A program made the position numbers and the translations under genes. From positions 1 to 49,334 of the forward strand of contig CAZVAO010000002.1 of NCBI GenBank assembly GCA_964625175.1: DNA of 49,334 nt, read 5' to 3'. A model generated the notes under the pieces. It searched no databases. It had not been told where the DNA came from and saw only the letters and a program-made list of their open reading frames with translations. Below are positions 27,121-36,574 of the stretch, piece after piece. This DNA comes from an uncultured Clostridiaceae bacterium. Lineage in GTDB: Bacteria > Bacillota > UBA994 > PWPR01. Numbering within the stretch: the stretch's first letter is position 1; each line of letters opens with the position of its first letter.

Positions 27121-27687
27121 ATGAATCGAAATGAAGCACTCAGCCTATTACAGCAACATGTTGAAACCCAACGCGTTCTGCGCCATTCTATGGCGGTTGA
27201 AGCTGCCATGCGCGCCTATGCTCGCAAGTATGGTGAAGATGAAGAGCGTTGGGGCTTGATTGGACTACTCCATGATATCGATTTTGAGAAGTATCCTACC
27301 GAGCATCCCCTACGCGGACCTGAATTACTTGAGGGACACGGTTTTGATGAAGATTTTATTAATACAATCCTCTCCCATGGGTCTAAAGAAAACCTACCAG
27401 AGCGCAACACGAAAGTAAGTCAATGTCTTCATGCTGTAGACGAAATGGCCAGCTTCATCATTGCAGTCGCCTTAATGCGTCCAACCCGATTAGAGGGATT
27501 AAGTGCTAAATCCGTTAAGAAAAAAATGAAGGACAAAGCCTTTGCCAGAGCAGTGAATCGCGAAGAACTCACATCCTCCCGCGAAGCCCTTAATGAAGAA
27601 TTCGCCGACCATGTAAAAACGATTGTCGAAGGGCTCATCGCGCATGAAGCATTTCTTCAAACTCAAGGGGTATCGCTGCTTGACTAA
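27121..27687 (+). CDS. HD-domain (HDIG-type) phosphohydrolase
   Basis: ORF 27100..27687 begins at a TTG. AAGGAG lies 7 nt upstream of the ATG at 27121. Motifs H...LLHDID present. Confidence 0.75.
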   Translation: MNRNEALSLLQQHVETQRVLRHSMAVEAAMRAYARKYGEDEERWGLIGLLHDIDFEKYPTEHPLRGPELLEGHGFDEDFINTILSHGSKENLPERNTKVSQCLHAVDEMASFIIAVALMRPTRLEGLSAKSVKKKMKDKAFARAVNREELTSSREALNEEFADHVKTIVEGLIAHEAFLQTQGVSLLD

Positions 27688-27855
27688 ATAAACGGATCAG
27701 TTGGCACGTTAGCAGAACCTAAAAGCGATATCAGTCATCAAGAAGGGAGTTGTCGTCCTTCGGATTACTAGATAATGGTCTTACACCATCGCTATAAACT
27801 TTAAGAATCTCGTCGACAGCCGCTTAATGAAATCTAAAGAATAAAGGAGATTAGC

Positions 27856-29223
27856 ATGCTAATAAAACATTTTTTTGTCGAAAAAATTGCCCACAGTTCC
27901 TATTTGGTGGCTGATAAAACCACGTGTGCCATTATTGATCCAAGCAGAGATATTGATCAATACTTGGAGGAAGCCTACACGAGAGACCTTAAGATTACGC
28001 ACATTATACAAACCCATTTACATGCCGACTTTGTTTCCGGGCATATGGACTTAGCAAAAGAAACAGGGGCAACAATTTATATGCCAAAGTCTGCGGGGGT
28101 TACGTTCCCAGCCGTTGAAGTTGAGGAGGGTGACTCATTTGTACTGGAGACCATAAAATTCTCGGTGCTCGAAACACCTGGTCACACCCCAGAGCATGTC
28201 AGTTATGTTGTTTATGATTTGCCAAGATCCGAACAACCTATAGGGGTATTTACAGGCGATACCCTTTTTGTTGGAGATGTCGGTCGTCCTGATTTATTCC
28301 CTGAAATTAAAGAAGAATTAGCGGATAAACTCTTCATTAGCTTGCAGAAACTCATGAGTTTACCTGATTATTGTGAGGTTTATCCTGCCCATGGAGCAGG
28401 GTCGCTATGTGGTAAAGCCATGGGTGCCAAGTATCGCTCGACGATTGGTTACGAGAAACGATTTAATTCTGCACTTAATATCAAGGACAAGAACGACTTC
28501 ATTTCCGCTTTAACAAAAGATATGCCCGGTGTTCCAGACCATTTTGCGCTCTGTAGCGACTTTAACAGACAGGGTCCTACTGTTTTGGATTCACTTCCTC
28601 CGCTTGAGGCGTTCAGCGTGGGTGAATTTTATGAAAAATATTTAGACGAAAATGTTGTAATTTTAGATGTAAGATCCTACATGGCTTTTGGTGGAGCACA
28701 TATCCCTGATTCACTTAACATATCATTTAGCGGAAATCTACCTGTCTTTGCAGGTTGGGTCATTCCATATGACAAGGATATTGTATTGGTTGCCGAGAAC
28801 GATGAGGATGTTTTTGGAACGATGATGTGGCTACATCGAGTCGGGCTGGATCGAACCATCGGTTATCTCAAAGGTGGCATCGAAAAATGGATATCCGCTG
28901 GTCACCCTGTTGATTTTATCGATCAGCTTAATGTGAGTGATGCTTTGGAAATGATGAATGAGGAAGGTTATACCCTCATTGATACTCAAGATCCACTTGC
29001 TTATTCGGCATTCCACATACCTGGAGCCGCAAACCTACCATCACCTGATGTTCGAGAACGCTATGTTGAATTAGACCCAGAAGAAATTTATATTCTAATA
29101 TGCAACTCAGGTAATCGTTCTAATATGGCGGCTAGCATTCTCAAAACCAAAGGCTTCCACAATCTTTACAATGTTGCAGGAGGTATGAAAAGTTACGAAA
29201 CCTATATTAAAGGAGAGGCCTAA
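27856..29223 (+). CDS. MBL-fold persulfide-dioxygenase-like enzyme fused to rhodanese domains (CstB-like architecture)
   Basis: 455 aa. N-terminal metallo-beta-lactamase motif QTHLHADFVSGH and TPGHTPEH, then two rhodanese-like segments. The last carries the active-site loop CNSGNRS. Confidence 0.8.
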   Translation: MLIKHFFVEKIAHSSYLVADKTTCAIIDPSRDIDQYLEEAYTRDLKITHIIQTHLHADFVSGHMDLAKETGATIYMPKSAGVTFPAVEVEEGDSFVLETIKFSVLETPGHTPEHVSYVVYDLPRSEQPIGVFTGDTLFVGDVGRPDLFPEIKEELADKLFISLQKLMSLPDYCEVYPAHGAGSLCGKAMGAKYRSTIGYEKRFNSALNIKDKNDFISALTKDMPGVPDHFALCSDFNRQGPTVLDSLPPLEAFSVGEFYEKYLDENVVILDVRSYMAFGGAHIPDSLNISFSGNLPVFAGWVIPYDKDIVLVAENDEDVFGTMMWLHRVGLDRTIGYLKGGIEKWISAGHPVDFIDQLNVSDALEMMNEEGYTLIDTQDPLAYSAFHIPGAANLPSPDVRERYVELDPEEIYILICNSGNRSNMAASILKTKGFHNLYNVAGGMKSYETYIKGEA

Positions 29224-29738
29224 TGATTGATTACCTGAAGGAGGTCACCTGGTCACCTTATGTTGTTGGTATTTTGATTGGCGTTCTTAATTTTACGACT
29301 TTGATCATTTCCAAGAAATTTCTGGGCGCTTCTACTTCATACGTGAAGACAAGCGGCATGATTATGCGATTTTTCAACAAGGAAAAAGTGGATCAAAACC
29401 CCTATTATCAGATTAAAACACCAAAAATCGACTGGGGCTGGATGTTGGTTTTCGGTATCATAATAGGCTCCTTTATTTCAAGCAATTTATCTGGCTCTTT
29501 TGAGGTGATTACCATCCCCAAATTATGGAGCGATACCTTCTCATCTAGCCTGATTACGCGCGTTTTAGTCGCCGTTTTCGGAGGAGTGGTGATGGGTTTT
29601 GGTGCTCGATTAGCGGGTGGATGTACCAGTGGTCACGGAATCAGTGGGACTTCTCAGCTGTCTGTTCTTAGTTGGGTATCAGCAATCTGCTTTTTCATCG
29701 GTGGCATTATAACTGCTGGCATAATCTTTGGATTTTAG
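29223..29738 (+). CDS. YeeE/YedE-family sulfur-compound transporter, N-terminal-type half
   Basis: 171 aa, polytopic, with the conserved GGCTSGHG motif. The start overlaps the upstream stop (TAATG). Confidence 0.8.
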   Translation: MIDYLKEVTWSPYVVGILIGVLNFTTLIISKKFLGASTSYVKTSGMIMRFFNKEKVDQNPYYQIKTPKIDWGWMLVFGIIIGSFISSNLSGSFEVITIPKLWSDTFSSSLITRVLVAVFGGVVMGFGARLAGGCTSGHGISGTSQLSVLSWVSAICFFIGGIITAGIIFGF

Positions 29739-29748
29739 AGGTGATATT

Positions 29749-30291
29749 ATGAATAAACGTATCCAACTCATATTAGGCCTCTTATTTGGGATTATATTTG
29801 GCTTTCTGCTACAGAAAAGTGGTGTTACCACCTATGAGGTCATGATTAACGAACTCCTCTTAACTGATTTTACAGTGCTTAAAGTAATGCTATCTGCAGT
29901 AATCACAACGATGTTACTAATTTCTGTTGTTTTGCCTTCGGGTTCCATCAAGTTACAGCCGAAAGGCGGTTCGCTCAAGAGCTCCATCATTGGCGGACTC
30001 TTGTTTGGAGTCGGTATGGCCACATTAGGCTATTGTCCGGGCACAGTTGCCGGTTCGGTTGGCAGTGGCAATATTGATGGTTTTATTGGTGGCTTTATTG
30101 GAATAACACTGGGGTCTGGTATTTTTGCCGCCCAGTACTCACGATTGAAGAAATCCAATATCGTGGCTAAAGACCAATTCAGTGAGGTCTCCTTATTCTC
30201 AAAAATGAAGCACCATCCGCTTCTTTATACGATTCCATTTAGCGCCGTTCTCAGTCTCTTTTTATATTTTATTGAGACAAAGGGACTTTGA
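29749..30291 (+). CDS. YeeE/YedE-family sulfur-compound transporter, second half
   Basis: ORF 29728..30291. An AGAGGTGA RBS favours the ATG at 29749 (MNKRIQL). Polytopic, with the LGYCPGT motif. Confidence 0.8.
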   Translation: MNKRIQLILGLLFGIIFGFLLQKSGVTTYEVMINELLLTDFTVLKVMLSAVITTMLLISVVLPSGSIKLQPKGGSLKSSIIGGLLFGVGMATLGYCPGTVAGSVGSGNIDGFIGGFIGITLGSGIFAAQYSRLKKSNIVAKDQFSEVSLFSKMKHHPLLYTIPFSAVLSLFLYFIETKGL

Positions 30292-30316
30292 TATAGAATC
30301 GTTTCATAAAAAATAG

Positions 30317-30358
30317 TGCCGCAAAACAGAATCTTTATTCTGCTTTGCGGCATTTTTT
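30317..30358. terminator. bidirectional intrinsic terminator
   Basis: TGCCGCAAAACAGAAT, loop cttt, ATTCTGCTTTGCGGCA (1 mismatch), flanked by AAAAAA on one side and TTTTTT on the other. Confidence 0.8.
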
Positions 30359-30520
30359 ATCAAAAACCCCTAAATATCTGATCCATCAGCGTTATTACTA
30401 CCGCTTAAACTGCCACTAGCGTTTATGGCTTAGGGAGATCTTTGAGCGTGTTGTTTAGGGCACTAGGGTTTGCCATTTTTTCATTAACTTCAATTGAACG
30501 AGCAGTCTCAAGCGAGTACC

Positions 30521-31399
30521 TTATTGGTGATAGGAGACAGCCACTCCCTTGTTGATCAAAGTGGTGAATTGATCTTTTGGAATAATCTTATTCATAATTT
30601 CCTCATAAACGACAGCTTGCTCCAAATTCGGTAAGGCAATTAAAACCTCAATGTTGTCGATATGGTTGTATGATATATTCACATACTCCAAACTCTTGCA
30701 AGTGGCAAAAACCGAAATATCCATCACGTCATTCGTTTGCAAAACAATTGTTTTAAGCATCATTTTGTTTTCAAGCGGAGACAGGTCCACAACCTTATTG
30801 CGGCTCAAATCAAACGATTCCAAACGGTCCATTCCCCGTACAAACTCAATGGACTCGAGCCCCGACTGCGAAATATGCAGGTCGGTAACAGCAGTACAAT
30901 TTTTCAAAAACCCGTAATCAGAGACATTCGTATCTGTGAAATTAACACGGTCTAGTAGTGGGGTAGAAAATTCTATTGGAACCTCCTCTAATGTCGAATA
31001 ATTGAACATTAAATGATTAAGATTCTCACATCCAGCGATTGGATCAAGCGATTTAAGTGTGCCGTAGCGATAAGAGAAGCTTGAAAGATTCACCGCATAC
31101 TCTAAGCCGTCAAGCTCATAAACTGGTGTTTCTTCATTGTTTATGTTGAGCCTATCTAATTCTGCCAGATCAGTAGCCATGATCTCACCCTCTGGTATTT
31201 GAAGCTCTTGCCTAATAATTTGCTCTAAAACCTGATCCTTAAAGACAATCGCTTTTTCGGGCCCTGGTTTCACCTCAGGTTCAGTAATAACCTGCTCTGG
31301 TGGATCTGGTGTTACAGGATCCGAACTGCCCATTTCTTTTGGGGAGCAAGCAGCAAACAAGAAAACCACTACTAATAGTCCAAAAAATATTCGTTTCAT
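30521..31399 (-). CDS. leucine-rich-repeat lipoprotein (internalin-like LRRs)
   Basis: 292 aa. Signal peptide plus lipobox (LFAAC), a Pro/Glu-rich linker, then about 22-aa LRR periodicity (L..L..L.L..N.I.DIS). Confidence 0.75.
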   Translation of the reverse strand: MKRIFFGLLVVVFLFAACSPKEMGSSDPVTPDPPEQVITEPEVKPGPEKAIVFKDQVLEQIIRQELQIPEGEIMATDLAELDRLNINNEETPVYELDGLEYAVNLSSFSYRYGTLKSLDPIAGCENLNHLMFNYSTLEEVPIEFSTPLLDRVNFTDTNVSDYGFLKNCTAVTDLHISQSGLESIEFVRGMDRLESFDLSRNKVVDLSPLENKMMLKTIVLQTNDVMDISVFATCKSLEYVNISYNHIDNIEVLIALPNLEQAVVYEEIMNKIIPKDQFTTLINKGVAVSYHQ

Positions 31400-31513
31400 T
31401 CATTTCTCCATTCATTGTCATATAACTGCATATCACACATATTCTAAAATTCATCAGATTCACTTTAATACGATAAACCTATAGTATAGAAGCGCCCTTC
31501 GATTATCAGAATG

Positions 31514-32281
31514 TTATAGGGTTGTCCAGCCCCCATCAACCATCAAGTTTACGCCTGTAATAAAGGTTGCCTGATCACTCCCCAGAAATACGGCTGCTTT
31601 AGCGACATCTATTGGCTTGCCCAAGCGAGGCATGGGTGTTTTAGACTGGGAGTAGGCGATGGATTCAGCAGTCGTCGGTCGACCGGTGAGAATTCGACCT
31701 GGGGCGACCGCATTGCAAATGATGAAATCCTCTGCATAATCAGCGGCAATCTGACGCGTCATATACACGAGTCCGCTCTTACTAACGCCGTATGAGAAGT
31801 TACTCAATGCTGCGACCATCCCATGCTGGGAGGTCACGTTGACAATCCTTCCCCTAGCTTCATTAACAACATCTTGGGTCAGCATCTGCTGAATAGCACG
31901 CTTGCTGCAATAGAAAGCGCCTTTAAGATTGATGTCAATGGAACGCGTCCACTCGGCTTCGGTTGTTTCAGTGAGTTTCAAACCTGTGCCCATGTAGGCT
32001 GCATTATTGACTAAGAGATCGACCGAACCAAAATGCTCCACAGTCCTTGTTACGAGTCGATCTACTTGCTCCCAATTGGAAACATCGGTCTCGATAAAAA
32101 CAGCTTCACCGCCAAAACCTTTAATCACATCCATCACTGTTTGTCCACCTTCAATCGGTGTTTCAACAATGTCCGCCACAACGACCTTTGCCCCTTCACG
32201 CGCATACGCCTCGGCAATCGCTTTACCGATCCCCGAAGCACCTCCAGTTACAATTGCTACTTTATTCTGTAATTTTAACAT
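31514..32281 (-). CDS. SDR-family oxidoreductase (FabG / glucose-1-dehydrogenase-like)
   Basis: 255 aa with TGGASGIG, NNAA and YGVSK motifs. GAGGAG RBS. Confidence 0.85.
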   Translation of the reverse strand: MLKLQNKVAIVTGGASGIGKAIAEAYAREGAKVVVADIVETPIEGGQTVMDVIKGFGGEAVFIETDVSNWEQVDRLVTRTVEHFGSVDLLVNNAAYMGTGLKLTETTEAEWTRSIDINLKGAFYCSKRAIQQMLTQDVVNEARGRIVNVTSQHGMVAALSNFSYGVSKSGLVYMTRQIAADYAEDFIICNAVAPGRILTGRPTTAESIAYSQSKTPMPRLGKPIDVAKAAVFLGSDQATFITGVNLMVDGGWTTL

Positions 32282-32291
32282 GTGTTACTCC

Positions 32292-33074
32292 TCACTCACT
32301 TCGCAATAATTCATTATTGAGAAATTGGGCCACACCATCTTCATCATTCGTTTTTGTAACAAAATCTGCTATGGTGATTACTTCAACAATCGCATTGCCA
32401 ACTGCCACGCCTAAGCCACTGTATTTGAGCATTTCGATATCATTTGTATCATCACCAAATACAATAAGTTGCGTTCGATCATAACCAAGATGGACAAGAA
32501 TCGCTTTAACCGCCTCTACTTTATCAGCTTGATGATGGGCAAATCGCCCCCAATACTCACCTCGAAACTGCAGATAAGAACACTCTGGATATTTGTCCAC
32601 AAGCCGCTTTGCAGTTTTAGGATCAAACACCTCAACAGTTATTTTATAGGTCTTGCTATTGAGGGGTTTCTCAAAATCACTGTAGGTGGCGTGCAAATAA
32701 TCTCGATCCCTTGGACTCGCTTCGCCATAGTTCCAATAATAATTGTCTAAGGTCTCTACCGTAATCTCTCCGATCGAATTTTCCTCCAAGCAATCTCTAA
32801 TTAAACCATTGGAAGTTTCTTCCGAGAGTGAGCGTTCGTAAATGATCTTAGCTCCCATTCTCGCTAGTGCCCCGCCACTCGAAATGATAAAGTCTGGTTT
32901 AATCTGTTCTATCTGCCTTTTAGCAGAGCGCTCCGAACGGGCAGTAGCAATTCCAAATAAAATCCCTTGTTTCTGACAATCCCGAATCGTACGAATCGTG
33001 AAATCAGAAATCGTTTTGTCTGTTTTTAGTAGCGTATGATCTAGATCTGAAACAATTACTTTAATGGGCTTCAT
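32292..33074 (-). CDS. Cof-type HAD-IIB phosphatase
   Basis: 260 aa with DLDHTLL (motif I), TAR/S (motif II) and GDDTNDIEML (motif IV). Confidence 0.85.
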   Translation of the reverse strand: MKPIKVIVSDLDHTLLKTDKTISDFTIRTIRDCQKQGILFGIATARSERSAKRQIEQIKPDFIISSGGALARMGAKIIYERSLSEETSNGLIRDCLEENSIGEITVETLDNYYWNYGEASPRDRDYLHATYSDFEKPLNSKTYKITVEVFDPKTAKRLVDKYPECSYLQFRGEYWGRFAHHQADKVEAVKAILVHLGYDRTQLIVFGDDTNDIEMLKYSGLGVAVGNAIVEVITIADFVTKTNDEDGVAQFLNNELLRSE

Positions 33075-33086
33075 TGAAACACCTCA

Positions 33087-34106
33087 TTAAGAGCCAATGA
33101 TCCGGAAACCTTGAGCCAAGGGATCCTTTGGATCAAGTACTAATTGATTGAAGCCCATAATATAAGCCGTGCCAGATACTTCGACTACGACGGCATCATA
33201 ATGTCCAACCTTAACTGTTTCTACAATCTTTGCTTCCATCACCGTATCGATAATGCTCTTATTGATGAGGGTATTTTCCTTCGTGAATTCACCTTTAGCG
33301 TAATGCAATGCCACACGCCCGCCTGTACCCGTTCCTGTCGGAGAGCGATCTACTTGTCCATCCGCGAAGATACAAACATTTTTTGTGATGATTTTTTGAT
33401 CCTCCGCATAGGGTTTTTCGAAAAAAATCGTCCCATAGAGCCAATTGACATCTGATGTCGGATGCTTAAATGCCATAGCTGACATGACCTTATGCTTAAT
33501 CTCCATGCCAATCTCAACTAAGCGCTCCGTGTTAGAGGGTTCGACTGTCAGTCCTACTTTTTCCACATCTAGGTAGACATAGAATGCCCCACAATAGACG
33601 ACATCGGCGACAACATCTCCAATTACATCAACCTTGAAAGAAATATTTTCTCGGTAAACAAAGCAAGGGACATTCTGGAAACGGACGCGTTCAACATCAC
33701 CATCTTTGACATCAGCATAGGCGGTGACGCGACCTGCGGGCGTATCAATTTTGACAATATTGACTCCTTCATGGGCAATCATCATCCCAGTTTCCAATAC
33801 CACTTTAGTAATGCCAATAATCCCATGACCACACATTGAACTGAGCCCCTTGTTGTGCGTGAATAATACACCAAAGTCTCCGTCTTCTGTAACAGCATCT
33901 ACTAGGATACAGCCATACATGCCACTGTGCCCACGTGGTTCTAGCATGATCAGCTTGCGCAAATGATCGTAATGCTCTAATACATACTGACGTTTAGCCA
34001 GAATGGTGTTACCGGGGATTGGTGGAAAGCCAGATGTGACGACCCGCAGTGGTTCGCCACCTGTGTGGGCATCAATACAATCAATACGCTGCTTGAAGTG
34101 CATCAT
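33087..34106 (-). CDS. proline-racemase-family enzyme of the Cys/Thr type (predicted trans-3-hydroxy-L-proline dehydratase)
   Basis: ORF 33087..34139. An AAGGAGG RBS favours the ATG at about 34106 (MMHFKQRIDCIDAHTGGEPLRVV). The first catalytic position is SMCGHG (Cys). The second is DRSPTGTG, with Thr where racemases and epimerases have Cys. Confidence 0.75.
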   Translation of the reverse strand: MMHFKQRIDCIDAHTGGEPLRVVTSGFPPIPGNTILAKRQYVLEHYDHLRKLIMLEPRGHSGMYGCILVDAVTEDGDFGVLFTHNKGLSSMCGHGIIGITKVVLETGMMIAHEGVNIVKIDTPAGRVTAYADVKDGDVERVRFQNVPCFVYRENISFKVDVIGDVVADVVYCGAFYVYLDVEKVGLTVEPSNTERLVEIGMEIKHKVMSAMAFKHPTSDVNWLYGTIFFEKPYAEDQKIITKNVCIFADGQVDRSPTGTGTGGRVALHYAKGEFTKENTLINKSIIDTVMEAKIVETVKVGHYDAVVVEVSGTAYIMGFNQLVLDPKDPLAQGFRIIGS

Positions 34107-34200
34107 TCTTTTCATCCTCCTTAAAATCTGATTAAACAATATGTTAAATATTACCCTGTTTATATATTCGTTTTTAGAGGTACAAATCCTTTGAAAAGGA

Positions 34201-34237
34201 AAATTAAAAAGGGATCCTCTGCAAAAGCAAAGAATCC
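34201..34237 (-). terminator. intrinsic terminator after the rpiR-like gene
   Basis: On the minus strand: GGATTCTTTGC, loop tttt, GCAGAGGATCC (two G-U pairs), followed by CTTTTTAATTTT. Confidence 0.65.
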
Positions 34238-34283
34238 ATTACTGCCAAAATATGATTTATGCCTATATATTCTGCTGACCAGC

Positions 34284-35159
34284 CTAATAACTTGAAATAT
34301 ACTGTCGCAAAAAGGCTAACCGATTATTGTTGTTCTCAATCTCCTCTTTGTTCACGACGGCGAGGAAGCTTAACAAGATTGAAGCCAAAGACATAGCGGG
34401 TGTCATCGCACTTGAGAGCACCTGGCCTTGAACATCGCAGAGCAAAACAAGATCTGCATAATTTGCGATTGGCGATGTCGGTTTATCGGTAATCCCTATT
34501 GCTTGAGCACCTAAGGCTTTTACACATTCGATGAGGTCCACCATTTGCTTTCCATAGTTGGGGAATGAGAATATGATGAAAACATCTTCGGGCTGCACTA
34601 AGGACAAATGGGAAGGATTGACTGTCTTCCAAGAGTAATTCAATAGTTCTGTGTTAATATTAAAATAATGTAGCCGTGTGCTCATGAACTGTGCAACCGC
34701 TAGAGCAGCACCTGTTGCCGCAACATAGACTTTTGATGCCCCTTTGATCAGGGCTAATGCTTCAATAATTTTTTCCGGATTTAACATTTCATGGGACCGT
34801 TTTACAAGCTTCTGTTCGTTCTGAACAAGCTGATCAAATAAAACATTGCTATTTAGGTGAATATCCTGAATCTCATTGGTCTTAATTATTCTAGTTGGGG
34901 CCATGAACGATCTCATGTAATATTGCAGCGCTTTTTTTAAACTCGAGTAGTTCGCATACCCTAGCTTTTTGCAAAATCGAATAACCGTAACAGCGGTCAC
35001 ACCAACCTCCGCACTAAACTCCCTTAGAGAAATAAAACAGACCCGATCTCCATGGTTCAATAGTAAATCAGCGATTTTTTTTTGGGTATTCGTTAATGTA
35101 TCATAATTATTCCTAATCACTAAGAGTGGATTGTTTTGATTATCATGCTCAGTATTCAA
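34284..35159 (-). CDS. MurR/RpiR-family transcriptional regulator (HTH_6 plus SIS domain)
   Basis: ORF 34284..35180. A GGGAGG RBS favours the TTG at 35159. N-terminal HTH region (LTNTQKKIADLLL...SLREFSAEVGVTAVTVIRFCKKLGY), C-terminal SIS sugar-phosphate-binding fold. Confidence 0.85.
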   Translation of the reverse strand: MNTEHDNQNNPLLVIRNNYDTLTNTQKKIADLLLNHGDRVCFISLREFSAEVGVTAVTVIRFCKKLGYANYSSLKKALQYYMRSFMAPTRIIKTNEIQDIHLNSNVLFDQLVQNEQKLVKRSHEMLNPEKIIEALALIKGASKVYVAATGAALAVAQFMSTRLHYFNINTELLNYSWKTVNPSHLSLVQPEDVFIIFSFPNYGKQMVDLIECVKALGAQAIGITDKPTSPIANYADLVLLCDVQGQVLSSAMTPAMSLASILLSFLAVVNKEEIENNNNRLAFLRQYISSY

Positions 35160-35330
35160 GCTGTTTCCTCCCTTTAACACCTGCAGTTATTTAGCAAAGT
35201 TACTTAAAAACACATACTATAGTATACAATAGAACAAAGAAATATATAACATAATTAATCAAAAATTAAATATTTATCCGTTATATTTAGCAAAATTATA
35301 CTTTTAGCTATACTTCTAGAAAGCAAACAG

Positions 35331-35385
35331 CAGAAATAAACGACCACAATCCCCTGGTGTGCTGTGAAAATTGGATGATGGTCGC
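35331..35385 (-). terminator. possible terminator after the OCD-family gene
   Basis: On the minus strand: GCGACCATCATCC ... GGATTGTGGTCG (imperfect stem), followed by TTTATTTCT. Confidence 0.4.
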
Positions 35386-35448
35386 ATAAAAGAAAAATAT
35401 AGGATTTTTGAGCAGTGTTCTCTGTCTGTTGATTACTTCATAGACGCG

Positions 35449-36408
35449 CTAAAATTCGATATCTTGGCCAATCCCCAATTTACAGGCCCTACGATAAATA
35501 TGCTCGCCAACAACTAAATCAAATAGTGCCATACCTACCGTCTTGAATAAGGTTGTTTGACCATGGACTTTTAGCTCACCATTAACTAGCTTTCCGAATG
35601 TTTTGATTTGCTCTGGCCTAATCCAGCCATTTTCCAGAGGGATACAAAGGTCACCTGACTCCTTCACACCAAATTCAGTATCCACGTAGACAATTTCAAC
35701 TAATCGCGAAACCGCTTCAGGCAATTCACGCATATGGGGCTTATAGGAACCTACCGCAATAATATGTTTTCCGCGCAACAAATCCTGATCATTCGGTAAT
35801 ACTGGTTCACCTGCGTTGGTCGTCGTAATGATGATTTCGCTATTCTTAATCATGGACTCTACTGTCGGTGATACCATGACCATTACTCCAGGTATCGCTT
35901 CTCGGACCCGTTTGCAAAATTCAGGAAGCGACTTTGAGTATGGGTCGAAAATATTGACCTGTTTAAGATTCCTTACTTGGGCGGCCATCAGCAACTGGTA
36001 ATAGCCCTGAACACCTGCTCCTACCAAGCCCACCGATTGACTAGAGACGGGTGTCGTATACTTGACGCCTACTCCGCCGACGGCTCCCGTACGATAAGCA
36101 GTCAGAGCAGCACCGTCAATGATAGCTAAAGGTTTTGCTGTCGCAACATCATTGAGGAGCATAATCCCTTGAATCGGCTCTGCACCCTTCTGAGGATTGT
36201 CAGGGAAAACCGTAATAATCTTAGTGCCAAAAATCGAATCGCTGAAGCACGGCATATAGAGTAGCGTATCCTCGTGCCGGTGAATGTGAATGCGGTCTGG
36301 CATCTCAAAATCCCCAGCCTCATAAATCATGAATGCTTTTTCGATGCTCTCGATCAGCTCTGGTAAAACAATTAATTTCTGTAAATCCTGACGTCTTAGA
36401 AACAACAC
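35449..36408 (-). CDS. ornithine cyclodeaminase / mu-crystallin-family reductase (predicted delta1-pyrroline-2-carboxylate reductase)
   Basis: ORF 35449..36462. Its first 18 codons overlap the palindromic repeat. A GGGGGG run lies 7 nt upstream of the GTG at 36408, giving the family-typical N-terminus (M)LFLRRQDLQKL...IESIEKAF. Rossmann motif GLVGAGVQG. Confidence 0.8.
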   Translation of the reverse strand: MLFLRRQDLQKLIVLPELIESIEKAFMIYEAGDFEMPDRIHIHRHEDTLLYMPCFSDSIFGTKIITVFPDNPQKGAEPIQGIMLLNDVATAKPLAIIDGAALTAYRTGAVGGVGVKYTTPVSSQSVGLVGAGVQGYYQLLMAAQVRNLKQVNIFDPYSKSLPEFCKRVREAIPGVMVMVSPTVESMIKNSEIIITTTNAGEPVLPNDQDLLRGKHIIAVGSYKPHMRELPEAVSRLVEIVYVDTEFGVKESGDLCIPLENGWIRPEQIKTFGKLVNGELKVHGQTTLFKTVGMALFDLVVGEHIYRRACKLGIGQDIEF

Positions 36409-36454
36409 AGCATAACCCCCCAAAATTAAAAAATACCCAATAGCCTTCCTAATA

Positions 36455-36520
36455 TGAAACACTGGGGACGGTTCTCTCTGTTTCAGTTTTGAATCACGAA
36501 GAACCGTCCCCGGTGTTTCT
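36455..36520. repeat. 66-bp palindromic dispersed element, copy 2
   Basis: Arms TGAAACACTGGGGACGGTTC and GAACCGTCCCCGGTGTTTC. Same orientation and similar loop (CTGTTTC) as the copy at 16294-16359. By eye, about three quarters of positions are identical. Confidence 0.85.
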
Positions 36521-36574
36521 TTAACCTAGGCCGTAGCGATGTCCTCATCACCACAGCCTAGCAAATTGATTGAT

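Noticed and set aside
16294-36520. The GTTTC/GAAAC-containing palindromic repeats as CRISPR repeats
   Set aside because: There are only two copies, 20 kb apart. There is no regularly spaced array, no spacer structure, and no cas genes in the window. The elements are self-complementary hairpins typical of REP-like repeats.
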